Source: a virus
Lineage: Duplodnaviria; Caudoviricetes
Reading direction: 5' to 3' (one strand)
Virus record (IMG/VR): IMGVR_UViG_3300014613_000006
Location: 1-51,538 of that record
Length of the DNA stretch: 51,538 bases
Made by a program: the position numbers and the translations under genes. Positions 17,740 to 26,229 of this stretch are shown one piece after another (position 1 is the first letter of the stretch; every line of letters begins with the position of its first letter). A model generated the notes under the pieces. That model was not told the origin of the DNA and ran no database searches. It saw nothing but the letters and a program-made list of their open reading frames with translations.

Positions 17740-18030
17740 ATGAGCGAGACGAAACACACGCCAGGGGCGATACGAGCGGCCACAGCAATCACCGAGATGC
17801 TCGGTAATCTCTATAGCCCCGAGAAGGTTGTTGATCCAATCGCTGAAATCATCGACCGCGCAACCGCCGCCCCCGAGATGCTGGAGGCAGGGCGGGGGTT
17901 CTTGCATTGGTTCTACGATCACGCAGCCGGCGCCGGCCACCTGCCCCCGCAATGGTGTGAACTCCGGCGCGCCATCGCCAAGGCGGAAGGGGTGACACTG
18001 GAGGATCGCAGTGAAGTTCAAAGCCGTTGA
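17740..18030 (+). CDS. Hypothetical phage protein
   Basis: MSETKHTPG...AAPEMLEA...RAIAKAEG, a common small phage protein pattern. Confidence 0.75.
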   Translation: MSETKHTPGAIRAATAITEMLGNLYSPEKVVDPIAEIIDRATAAPEMLEAGRGFLHWFYDHAAGAGHLPPQWCELRRAIAKAEGVTLEDRSEVQSR

Positions 18031-18793
18031 CACGATCCTGTACGTGCATGGGGGCGCCTTCGCACCTGCTGCTGAGCAGACGGCAGCGCTCTGGGCGTGG
18101 GGCAAGGCACAGCAGGGGCGATGTCGCGTGCTCCGCGATCGCGACGACGAACCCAAACGCGGGACACGTTGGCGTCGCCACCTTGGTCGGATGGTAGGTG
18201 GAGGGCATGTCCACCGCATTGCCATTTATCGCCTCGCCTGTCTATCCTACCGTGCGCGGGAGATTGCCAAGTTTCTGAGGCATTGCCATGGTCATGGAGT
18301 CGAGGTCTTCATCCTTGGCGATGGCTGGAAGATACCTCCAGATGCTCGCGGGGAACGGGTATTGCGCTTCCTTGAGGATGCAGTCCGCTGGGAGCTGCGG
18401 AAGCCAACCCTGGCCCGACGGAAACCCCGCCGGCCGGTGAACATCGAGCATCTTCTCCAGTACGTCCGTGATGGCATCCTGAGCCTGCCGCAGATCGCCC
18501 AGGTGATGGGCGTGCCGACGATGCGGGTCCGCCGGGCGATCGCCAACCGTGGCGGCGTCCGTGCCCACCGCTACTGGCGGCGGCGGCGGATGACTCGCGG
18601 CCAGCGCTCGCTAGTTCAAGAGGCAGTTGATTTTCACGTGGCCGTCCGCGAGAAGGGCGGCCGACCGAAATGGGAGTACCCCGATGGAATCGTCCCGACC
18701 AAACCTCGTACGCGACGCTATCGGCGCCGAGCTGGATCGCGTCGGCGTCAGTCAGCGCACGCTCAGCAGGCGCAGCGGGATCAGCCAGGGTAA
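18011..18793 (+). CDS. Degenerate serine resolvase-like protein with HTH
   Basis: Resolvase-like spacing (ILYV...RIAIYRLACLSYRAREI..FL......GVEVFIL) followed by HTH SLPQIAQVMGVPTMRVRR; catalytic motifs absent. Confidence 0.55.
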   Translation: MKFKAVDTILYVHGGAFAPAAEQTAALWAWGKAQQGRCRVLRDRDDEPKRGTRWRRHLGRMVGGGHVHRIAIYRLACLSYRAREIAKFLRHCHGHGVEVFILGDGWKIPPDARGERVLRFLEDAVRWELRKPTLARRKPRRPVNIEHLLQYVRDGILSLPQIAQVMGVPTMRVRRAIANRGGVRAHRYWRRRRMTRGQRSLVQEAVDFHVAVREKGGRPKWEYPDGIVPTKPRTRRYRRRAGSRRRQSAHAQQAQRDQPG

Positions 18794-18968
18794 GGTCAAC
18801 CAGTACGTCGGCGGCCGCGTCGATGTCACGACCGCGAACGCCTCGAAGATGCTGGCGGCCCTCTCGCTCGCTATCGTGCCCCAGGAACGTTTGGGGCCGA
18901 CCCAGACTGCGTCCGAGCCCAGCGAAGCCGCTGACGGCTCTGTATGCGTGCGAGACGAGCGTTCTTGA
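18684..18968 (+). CDS. XRE-family HTH regulator
   Basis: GVSQRTLSRRSGISQGKVNQYVGGRVDVT...KMLAAL; GGAG upstream of ATG 18684. Confidence 0.8.
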   Translation: MESSRPNLVRDAIGAELDRVGVSQRTLSRRSGISQGKVNQYVGGRVDVTTANASKMLAALSLAIVPQERLGPTQTASEPSEAADGSVCVRDERS

Positions 18969-19040
18969 GGCCGAGCCGACGCGCCCGACAAACTCGGCGC
19001 GACAGATCCGCAACAGTGTCGTGGTGCGGACATGGCTTAT

Positions 19041-19077
19041 CGTGACCTTGCGTGACCTTGTGTGACCGAGCTTGACC
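19041..19077 (+). repeat. Integrase arm-type / directionality-factor repeats
   Basis: CGTGACCTTG CGTGACCTTG TGTGACCGAG CTTGACC at 10-bp period, 50 bp from the att core. Confidence 0.65.
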
Positions 19078-19126
19078 CGTTATGGCTAGGTACACGCCAC
19101 AACAACGTGTCAGGAGTGCTTGCCCC

Positions 19127-19173
19127 TTGGACTGTCGATCCGAAGGTTGCGGGTTCGATTCCCGTCGGCCTCG
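19127..19173 (+). other. attP: attP core: 3' half of tRNA-Asp(GTC)
   Basis: Anticodon arm TTGGA-CTGTCGA-TCCGA, T arm GCGGG-TTCGATT-CCCGT, 3' acceptor CGGCCTC-G; no 5' half; 100 bp upstream of the integrase. Confidence 0.85.
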
Positions 19174-19276
19174 ATCATAAACCCCCTCAGCGACAGAACT
19201 TAGGGCTTTCTCCTGGCTTGTACGAAATCTCGTCACAGACGCGCGGCGCAGATCCGCGACAGTCAGGAGGCTCATC

Positions 19277-20503
19277 GTGCACTGGCGAATCGTCTGGATT
19301 CAGACTCGGCAACGCAAGACGCTGGTCAGCTACCAAGTGTGCTTCTGGGACAGTGGGGCATCGCCCCCAGGGCGACGGATCAAGCGGTCCTTCCGGCATG
19401 AGCGCATGGCCAAGGCTTATGCCCGCCGCCTGGAGCTGCACCTGAACGGCCAGGGACCGGACCCGGAGGCCGACCACTTCCCCGCGGCTGAAGGCCCCGA
19501 AGCCGCCGGCACGCCCTGGCCCGAGGCCGTCGAGACCTGGCTGGGGCGCGGGGGCCGTCGATCCAAGACCACTGCCAGCTACCGGAGTATCCTCGCGGCC
19601 GTCGGGCGGGGCCTCGGCCAGCCCAATGTCGAAGCGGTCTCAGAGGCCACGCTGGCCGATTACCTCACCACTGTGCACCGAAGTGGTGCATCCCTGGCTA
19701 CCGTGGCGGGCTACGTCCGCGTGCTGGGGCCATTCCTCGAAACCCTCCACCCAGGCCCGTCGCCCGTGACCAAGGGGATTCGGGCCGCGTGGAGGCCCTA
19801 TAAGACGCGGAAGAAGGCCCGTCCTCACTTCTACACCGCCCAGGAGTTCACCAACCTCATCGCCCACTGTGAGGCCATGGTGCCCAAGGGGCGAACCTAC
19901 CGCAACGGCCCCTGGTGGACGGCATTCCTGACGTTGCTCTATGAGTGCGGGGTTCGGCTGGGCGAGGCAAGCCACCTCATCTGGCAGGATGTGGACTTCG
20001 AGAATGGCATCATCACCATCCAGCCCCATACCCGGTTAAAGGGCATCACCGACTGGACCCCCAAGGACCAGGCGAGACGCTTCCTGCCCATGTCCGACGA
20101 CCTGGCCTCTCGGCTGATCGTGCTCCAGGAGCGTCAGCCCGCCGGTATCCCGTATGTGTTCCTGGGGGCCGATCGGTATCAGCGGCTACTCAGCCACGGC
20201 CTGTGTGCCTCGGGGGATCTACTCCACGGCATCCACAAGCGATTCGTCGCCATGCGGGCCAGCGTCGGCATCGTGGACGGAGATCTCCACAGCTTCAGGC
20301 GAACGGCGATCACCAACTGGGCACGTGACCCGAACCTGAAACCCAAGGATGTGCAGCTCCTGGCCGGGCACCAGAGCATCGTCACGACGCTGGAAATCTA
20401 CGCCATGGTTGACGGGGATGATGTGGTGAAACGGGCGCGAGGCACTGGGTCATCTCATTCCTCCAGCGCCTTCAGGGCTTCGTTGATCGACTCCGACGTG
20501 TAG
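19277..20503 (+). CDS. int: Tyrosine recombinase / phage integrase
   Basis: Catalytic R (GVRLGE), K, HSFRR, LAGH and Y (LEIY). Confidence 0.93.
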   Translation: MHWRIVWIQTRQRKTLVSYQVCFWDSGASPPGRRIKRSFRHERMAKAYARRLELHLNGQGPDPEADHFPAAEGPEAAGTPWPEAVETWLGRGGRRSKTTASYRSILAAVGRGLGQPNVEAVSEATLADYLTTVHRSGASLATVAGYVRVLGPFLETLHPGPSPVTKGIRAAWRPYKTRKKARPHFYTAQEFTNLIAHCEAMVPKGRTYRNGPWWTAFLTLLYECGVRLGEASHLIWQDVDFENGIITIQPHTRLKGITDWTPKDQARRFLPMSDDLASRLIVLQERQPAGIPYVFLGADRYQRLLSHGLCASGDLLHGIHKRFVAMRASVGIVDGDLHSFRRTAITNWARDPNLKPKDVQLLAGHQSIVTTLEIYAMVDGDDVVKRARGTGSSHSSSAFRASLIDSDV

Positions 20504-20691
20504 TAGTACCGCAGACCAACCTTCATCCGTCTCAGAGACGGTTGGTTGCGTTCGGCCCGGCGATTGTTCGCCTCGGCCCATCCGCGCACAAACCGGCGGC
20601 GCGCCGCATCCGGCGTGGGGGCTTGGTCGGCGCCGGGCCAGAGTGCCGCCGCCTCATCGACAGACAATGCGCTGATCACGTCTGTACTCAT
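20455..20691 (-). CDS. Possible excisionase / small winged-HTH protein
   Basis: LSVDEAAAL...RRMKVGLRYYYTSESINEAL; last gene of the leftward early operon, converging on int. Confidence 0.55.
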   Translation of the reverse strand: MSTDVISALSVDEAAALWPGADQAPTPDAARRRFVRGWAEANNRRAERNQPSLRRMKVGLRYYYTSESINEALKALEE

Positions 20692-21368
20692 TTACTCACC
20701 ACCTCGAACTCGACAACCTCGACCCAAGAATTCACGTCCCAGCCGTAGCCGCGCTTGGCGTTGATGCTATCCCACAAATCCTGAAACGCCCCCCGCAATG
20801 CCGTACAGCCAGGCCGGCAAGTACCATAGGTGCGCGGGCACACAGGACACACCACACCTTCTGCCATGATGTCCATGTCACTTATCCCCGACACCCGCTC
20901 GTACCGTGCTCCCGTTCTGCGCAGCGTGATCCGGCTGGCCCAGCGAGGCATGAACCTCGACGAACGCTTACGTGCGCTAAACTCCTGCGCGCATCGCCGC
21001 GAATCAGAGTCCATCGACGCATCCCACCCGACCAACCGGGACCGGCCCTCGTAATCTTTTACGTTGCCTTCTTCGGGGGCAAACGCATACGGATCATCAC
21101 ACATCCACCATGTCTCCTTGACCCACAGCAGATGGCCGACCTTTCCGTAGGGGGATCTGAACCACGTCGGGTAAGTACCGTTCGGATCCGCCATGTCGTA
21201 GAAGACGGCACCCGCATCGCCCAGCCACGCTTTCGGCGTGCGGCCCAGATGCCACGTGGGATCGAGCCCACGGATTGAACGCCGCGTCTGCGCCTTGCGC
21301 CCGTCCTGAATCGCCCGCACCATCGGCCCACTGAACAGAATCGGATGCCACAATGGCTTACTGATCAT
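20688..21368 (-). CDS. ASCH/PUA-like conserved phage protein
   Basis: PILFSGPMVRAIQDGRKAQTRR...LWVKETW...FMPRWASRITL...WVEVVEF. Confidence 0.8.
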   Translation of the reverse strand: MISKPLWHPILFSGPMVRAIQDGRKAQTRRSIRGLDPTWHLGRTPKAWLGDAGAVFYDMADPNGTYPTWFRSPYGKVGHLLWVKETWWMCDDPYAFAPEEGNVKDYEGRSRLVGWDASMDSDSRRCAQEFSARKRSSRFMPRWASRITLRRTGARYERVSGISDMDIMAEGVVCPVCPRTYGTCRPGCTALRGAFQDLWDSINAKRGYGWDVNSWVEVVEFEVVSK

Positions 21369-21865
21369 CCAGCCATCTCCTTGGCTCGCCGCTGTTTGAA
21401 CCAGTACACACATAACCCGATCGCGTCGGCTATATCCCCGCCGGAATCAGTCTCAATCCGGTAGGCTGGCAGCGCCGCCGCAATTACTCGCTGGCGTGTG
21501 CGCTTAGGCACGCCGTTTGTCCATCGGTTCTCATACAGCGACGTTACGCTGCTCGCGCCCAGCCGTTCACAGCAGGCGTTCCGGATCGCGCCAACGGCCA
21601 TACCATACGTGGCCAGACCAGCCCCACCGCCGCCGTGCCGCCTGCCGATGTGCCCAGTAGTTACCTCAATCACAACCCTGGTGATTCGCTGCTCAGACAG
21701 GATTCCCGTGACCTCGGACACCATCTGGTCGATTCGATCAAGGGCGGGATCGCGACGGTTCTCGCCCGTGAGGGCGCCCGCCTCGACAAGATTGGTCGGA
21801 CTCGTCATCACGGCGTAACCCGTGCGCGTCGAAGACGGGTCGATGCCAAGAACGCGATCAGTCAT
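21365..21865 (-). CDS. ruvC: RuvC-like Holliday junction resolvase
   Basis: VLGIDPSSTRTGYAV, VVIE, DIADAIG acidic catalytic set. Confidence 0.85.
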   Translation of the reverse strand: MTDRVLGIDPSSTRTGYAVMTSPTNLVEAGALTGENRRDPALDRIDQMVSEVTGILSEQRITRVVIEVTTGHIGRRHGGGGAGLATYGMAVGAIRNACCERLGASSVTSLYENRWTNGVPKRTRQRVIAAALPAYRIETDSGGDIADAIGLCVYWFKQRRAKEMAG

Positions 21866-22277
21866 CGTCGTTATTGCCCTCGCCCTTTGACTCCTGGGTG
21901 TCAGCGTCGCCAATGCGGGCGAGCCCAACCTCTCCCTTCTCGCCGGCCAGCTGGCCCAACACGTTGGGATCGATGCTCGATCGCGGGAACACTAGGCTAC
22001 ACGACCAGTGATCGGGGAAGCGCCGGTAGCTCGCGATCTCGCCAACGCCGGAGCACGTGACGGCAGCGGCGTCCATCACTTGCTGGCCCTCGGCGTCCTT
22101 CTTCGAGCCGGGCACGTACTGGAGCTTTGCCTGAACCTGGGCACCGAGCAGTAATTCCTCGGCGAGCTCCGATCGCATGTCGTCAGCGTCGATAGACAGA
22201 CCGATCCGAGCAGTGCCAGAGAGCGTAACACTCCGGAACTTCACCGGGATCTTGTGGGCAGGGGGGTTCTTGCTCAT
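21858..22277 (-). CDS. Hypothetical protein
   Basis: AAGGA RBS; start lies at the upstream gene's stop. Confidence 0.65.
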   Translation of the reverse strand: MSKNPPAHKIPVKFRSVTLSGTARIGLSIDADDMRSELAEELLLGAQVQAKLQYVPGSKKDAEGQQVMDAAAVTCSGVGEIASYRRFPDHWSCSLVFPRSSIDPNVLGQLAGEKGEVGLARIGDADTQESKGEGNNDDD

Positions 22278-22924
22278 TGCAATTTCCTTTCTGGGCGGCA
22301 ATCCATGCCGCTCTTTGCGCCCTCGCTCTTACGAAAACTCGGCCACAAGCATTCCATGACGCCGCCAGTCTCGATCAGCCGATCCGTAATGCTGGGGTCC
22401 AGGCTGGCGGTTAGTGCCTTCGGTGTCAGGTTCCCGATCACGATCGTGTCGTGCATGTCGTCGTAGCGCTTGTCAATCAAGAAGGCGAGCATCAGATTCT
22501 CGAAATCGGTCTCGCCACGCTGCTGAACCTCGTCAATCACCAACAACTGCGGCTGCGTGAACTCAAGGATCGCATCCAGTTCCGACTGCTCCGGGTTCGT
22601 GTACGTTGCCCGGATCCTCAGAAAGATTTCCATCGCCTTCACGTATCGACATGATCGCTGCCCTTTGCAGGCCCACGTAACCGCATGAACCGCCATCTGT
22701 GTCTTCCCGGTTCCGCGACTGCCAATCAGGGCAACCAGACAGCCGGAGCCGATCAGCCCACACAGTTTGTCCCGCGCATCCAGCCATCGCCCCGGGGTGT
22801 CTGTGGTGTCAGCATTCCGCACATGCCGGCGAGGCACGCCGGTCTGAGCCAACGCCGTAGACACGTCAGAGTTGCGGCAACGGTTTATCTGGCTCGGGAT
22901 ACTCTCCCCGATTGGCTGAGGCAT
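22274..22924 (-). CDS. DnaC/IstB-like helicase loader ATPase
   Basis: GSRGTGKT, LLVIDE, IDKRY, TIVIGNL, DRL; follows the initiator. Start codon uncertain. Confidence 0.85.
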   Translation of the reverse strand: MPQPIGESIPSQINRCRNSDVSTALAQTGVPRRHVRNADTTDTPGRWLDARDKLCGLIGSGCLVALIGSRGTGKTQMAVHAVTWACKGQRSCRYVKAMEIFLRIRATYTNPEQSELDAILEFTQPQLLVIDEVQQRGETDFENLMLAFLIDKRYDDMHDTIVIGNLTPKALTASLDPSITDRLIETGGVMECLWPSFRKSEGAKSGMDCRPERKLQ

Positions 22925-23738
22925 CGCGTGCTCCGCATCTGCGCGGCGGGCCGTTAGCCTCGCGTTGGCCCGACCGAGCCTGTTTCGGCTTGCGGAACTG
23001 GTCGTACCACTTGAGCAGGGCCTCGGGGCCGAAGGCGACCCCCTCCCACTGCTCACAGCATCGGTCGTAGACTCGTCGCATTTCATCTGGCGTGGCTCCC
23101 TTAGCCTTGAGGTCCGCAACATTCCGGCCCACGCGACGCTGCTCCTGCTTCGTCGTCGGGCCCAGCCCAAACAACTCCACGAGCGTGTCCCAGATCAAAT
23201 CGCGCCGTCGCCCCTTCTTAGATTCCCCGCTAAGTTGAGATTCCTCAGGGAATCCCTCCGAAGAGGACGGGGAAAGAGTTTTACTCCCCCCCATAGTCCC
23301 CCCCTCAGGGGTTGGTTTATACCCACCTTTAACCCCCCCTTTAACCCCACCATTGGCGCGCCCTTTATAGGTAGAGCCCCGGAGTGCCGGATTCCCGCCA
23401 CCCTTCCTGCCTGCCGCTACGCACTTCGCCCGCGTTTGCTCCTGCCGCACGATATGCCGGGAGTACCAGACCCCGGTGGGTGTGATTCCAGGTACACCGG
23501 CGGCTCGGAGTTCATGTAACAGGGGATCAATCTCCGCAAGTGATCGGCCGACCGCCCAGGACAACCGATCGCCGGCTAGGGGACCATCTCCCCATTGCAG
23601 GAAACCGCGATGCTCGTTCTTGTGCATGAGACAGATTAATCTGATCCACAGTCCCTGAGCTGCGTATGAACAAGTGCCCAGCCGCTCATCTGAGAGCCAG
23701 GCATCCACGTCGAATTGCAGTATCGAAGCCTTGGCCAT
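22866..23738 (-). CDS. Replication initiator (lambda O-like position)
   Basis: N-terminal QFDVDAWLSD..L..CS..AQGLWIRLICLMH, a low-complexity linker with iterons, and a helical C-terminal domain. Confidence 0.75.
   Translation of the reverse strand: MAKASILQFDVDAWLSDERLGTCSYAAQGLWIRLICLMHKNEHRGFLQWGDGPLAGDRLSWAVGRSLAEIDPLLHELRAAGVPGITPTGVWYSRHIVRQEQTRAKCVAAGRKGGGNPALRGSTYKGRANGGVKGGVKGGYKPTPEGGTMGGSKTLSPSSSEGFPEESQLSGESKKGRRRDLIWDTLVELFGLGPTTKQEQRRVGRNVADLKAKGATPDEMRRVYDRCCEQWEGVAFGPEALLKWYDQFRKPKQARSGQREANGPPRRCGARDASANRGEYPEPDKPLPQL
23314..23370. repeat. Putative replication origin iterons inside the initiator gene
   Basis: GGTTTATACCCA, CCTTTAACCCC, CCTTTAACCCC and CCTTTATAG at 23314, 23326, 23338, 23362 (12-bp register). 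Confidence 0.6.
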
Positions 23739-23744
23739 TCCACC

Positions 23745-24119
23745 TTACCCGTCGAAACAGACTCTCGCCCCTGGTTGCCGACCGCGCCGCTCCTGCTCGA
23801 CGTTCTGGTGCCAGTCGTCGCGGGAGGTTGGCCGGTGTTTGCGCTTGCGAGCGGCGGCCCTGATCTTGTCGGCGTGGGGGCAAGTATCGAGGTGTTTGAG
23901 CAGCACCCGGTAGATCGGGGTGCCCGCCGCCAGGACAATGCCCTCGTCTCCCTTTGGCACCAAAGTACCACGGCGCCACTTCTCGGCTTTCCAGTCCCAG
24001 GCCAGGACGGAGCCAACCGTGCTCGGTAGGAGTATCCCAGGCGGCCAGTCGAACGGCACGCTATGGCCCCCGGCCTCAAAGAACTCGATCATTCGCCCGC
24101 AGGCGCGGCAGTTTGACAT
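23745..24119 (-). CDS. Small Cys/His metal-binding phage protein
   Basis: CRACG...HLDTCPHA. Confidence 0.7.
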   Translation of the reverse strand: MSNCRACGRMIEFFEAGGHSVPFDWPPGILLPSTVGSVLAWDWKAEKWRRGTLVPKGDEGIVLAAGTPIYRVLLKHLDTCPHADKIRAAARKRKHRPTSRDDWHQNVEQERRGRQPGARVCFDG

Positions 24120-24403
24120 GATGCTTCGGGCTCCGTCCCGCTTGACTCGTTCCCACCTAGTACCATCTGGCCGGCCGCGCCCGCCGGCGCTTGCTCCTCT
24201 TTTCCCCGAGGAGGAGGGGTGGTCAGGCCACGGGCGATGAACCGCACCAAACGCTCGAAGGCACGCGGGGAAAGGTCGCCTGTCTCACAGAACAGATCGT
24301 GCCATGTGTCGTCGCTGTCCATCCGCTCGATCGCGACCCGGAACTGTCCGATGTTCTGTGTGGTTCTAAACACGTCACATCGCCGGAGCGTCTCTAAGCT
24401 CAT
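24089..24403 (-). CDS. Hypothetical protein
   Basis: AAGGAG RBS; packed in the operon. Confidence 0.6.
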   Translation of the reverse strand: MSLETLRRCDVFRTTQNIGQFRVAIERMDSDDTWHDLFCETGDLSPRAFERLVRFIARGLTTPPPRGKEEQAPAGAAGQMVLGGNESSGTEPEASCQTAAPAGE

Positions 24404-26219
24404 TCGCTGGCTCTCCTTTGGCTAACAGGTTCGCTTCGGACAAAAAACGCGAGGGCAGGCGCTTGTTCCGGCCCTTCGCCTGATCGCAGAATCGTCGGAA
24501 ATGGACGATCAGCCGCTCCTTCGCCCTCGTCATGGCAACGTAGGCCACGCGCCGTTCCTCCTCGACGCCGGCCGACTCCCGCAGCGACATCGCGCTTGGC
24601 AGCGTGCCCTCGTTGCACTCGACCAGGAGCACGACGGGCCACTCCAGGCCCTTTACGGTGTGAACCGTAGCCAGGGTGACGCGATTGTCAGCACGCAGAT
24701 CGTCTTGGGAATCGCGGCACGCGTACTGGGCCAGCGCGTCTCCCACTCTCCGGTTCGGGCACCACGCCTTCCACCAGTTCTGAATGGGCTTGATGCCAGC
24801 CATGGCCTCGGGGGGGATCTGGTCGAGGGCTTCGTCGAGTTGGCTGTCCAGCGTCAACTCCCCAAGATTCGCCAGCCACGAGTCGGGCACCAGCGATCGA
24901 AAGGCGGTCAGGCTCGACGCGCCTGTTCGGCCAGCCTCGGCCCTGATCTGAGCGTGCGTGTAATCGGTCCCCCCCACCCAGGGAGACAGGCGCATGAATG
25001 CCATCTCGTCGCATGGATTGACCAACAGCCGTAGGTATGCGTGGACCCGGCGGAAGGCCGGTTGATCGCAGATGTCGAACCCGGTGCCAACATGATGGTG
25101 GGGCACCCCGGCTTCTCGGCAAAGCTCGGCGAGCCGGCGCAGCGTCCGGTGGTTACGGGCCAGGACAGCCATGTCGCCCCAGCCAAAGCCCACATGATTG
25201 AGATCGGAGAGCAAGGACACAATGTCGGCACAGCGGCCCAGATGGCGATCGACGGGGGCTATTCGCTCATTAGCGCAGAGCATCGGCTTGCACAGAGGGT
25301 CGTTGTTGTGACTGATCAATGCGTTCACAGCCTGCACAACAGGTGCCGGACAGCGGAAGCACCGCTCCAGATCGAAGACCTGGGCATCCTGGTGCTGGTC
25401 CGTCATCAGGCACGGGTTCGATCCCCGGAAGCCATAAATCGCCTGCCGACGGTCGCCGACCATGAACAGCTCGGCCGGGGGGGCGAAGAACGACAGCAGC
25501 CGGTGCTGGATCGGGTTGGTGTCCTGAGCCTCATCGATCAGGACGTGTCGGACCCGCCCCCTGTAGTCCGTCAGGACGGACGGGTTTTCGCAGAGCAGCT
25601 TCGTGGCGTTGAGCACGAGCAGCCCGTAATCCAGGGCATTGGCCTCGGCGAGCGTGCCCAGGTAGGCGTGGATGATCCGCTCGCAGAAGTTCGCGCCGGG
25701 CTCCTCCGATGGAGCCGGCATCTCGCCACGGGTGTAGTATGCGTCGAGGTATCGCCGGATCTTCCGTAGTGAAAGCTGGTGGCGCCACTCGGGTTTAGCC
25801 TTGAGCTTGACATAGCCGAGCTGCTCGGCCGCGGTGAGCAAGGCCATCTCCGAATCGGCCTCGTCGATGACCGTCGGGCAGCCACGGTAGCCGATGAGAT
25901 GCCCGTGCTGGCGAATCATGCGCAGGGCCACGCTGTGGAAAGTGCCCGCTAGCATCTCGCGGACCATCGTCTCGGCCTTCTGCGGAGTCTCGCCGGCTTC
26001 GACCAGCGCCGCCTGCACACGCCCAAGCATCTCGCCGGCCGCCCGCCGCGTGAACGTCAGCACCATCAGGTCCGACGGTGACGCCCCGCGATTCTGCAAG
26101 AGGTGAAGTATCCGGGCCGTCAACACGCGCGTTTTACCAGAGCCCGCACCAGCGACGACCAGCGTCTCGTGGGCCTCGCTCTCGACAGCCGCCCGCTGCT
26201 CATCCGTGAGTTCAATCAT
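24375..26219 (-). CDS. UvrD/PcrA-family SF1A helicase
   Basis: LTDEQ, AGAGSGKT, TFTRRAA, TFHS, LIDEAQD, VGDRRQAIYGFRG, TVHTVKGLEW, EERRVAYVAMTRAKE. Confidence 0.95.
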   Translation of the reverse strand: MIELTDEQRAAVESEAHETLVVAGAGSGKTRVLTARILHLLQNRGASPSDLMVLTFTRRAAGEMLGRVQAALVEAGETPQKAETMVREMLAGTFHSVALRMIRQHGHLIGYRGCPTVIDEADSEMALLTAAEQLGYVKLKAKPEWRHQLSLRKIRRYLDAYYTRGEMPAPSEEPGANFCERIIHAYLGTLAEANALDYGLLVLNATKLLCENPSVLTDYRGRVRHVLIDEAQDTNPIQHRLLSFFAPPAELFMVGDRRQAIYGFRGSNPCLMTDQHQDAQVFDLERCFRCPAPVVQAVNALISHNNDPLCKPMLCANERIAPVDRHLGRCADIVSLLSDLNHVGFGWGDMAVLARNHRTLRRLAELCREAGVPHHHVGTGFDICDQPAFRRVHAYLRLLVNPCDEMAFMRLSPWVGGTDYTHAQIRAEAGRTGASSLTAFRSLVPDSWLANLGELTLDSQLDEALDQIPPEAMAGIKPIQNWWKAWCPNRRVGDALAQYACRDSQDDLRADNRVTLATVHTVKGLEWPVVLLVECNEGTLPSAMSLRESAGVEEERRVAYVAMTRAKERLIVHFRRFCDQAKGRNKRLPSRFLSEANLLAKGEPANELRDAPAM

Positions 26220-26229
26220 CGATCCATCC

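Noticed and set aside
19127-19173. Functional tRNA-Asp gene
   Set aside because: The 5' acceptor strand and D arm are absent; it is an att core.
22274-22924. Second IS21 istB copy
   Set aside because: No istA or IS ends; it follows the initiator, as phage DnaC-like loaders do.
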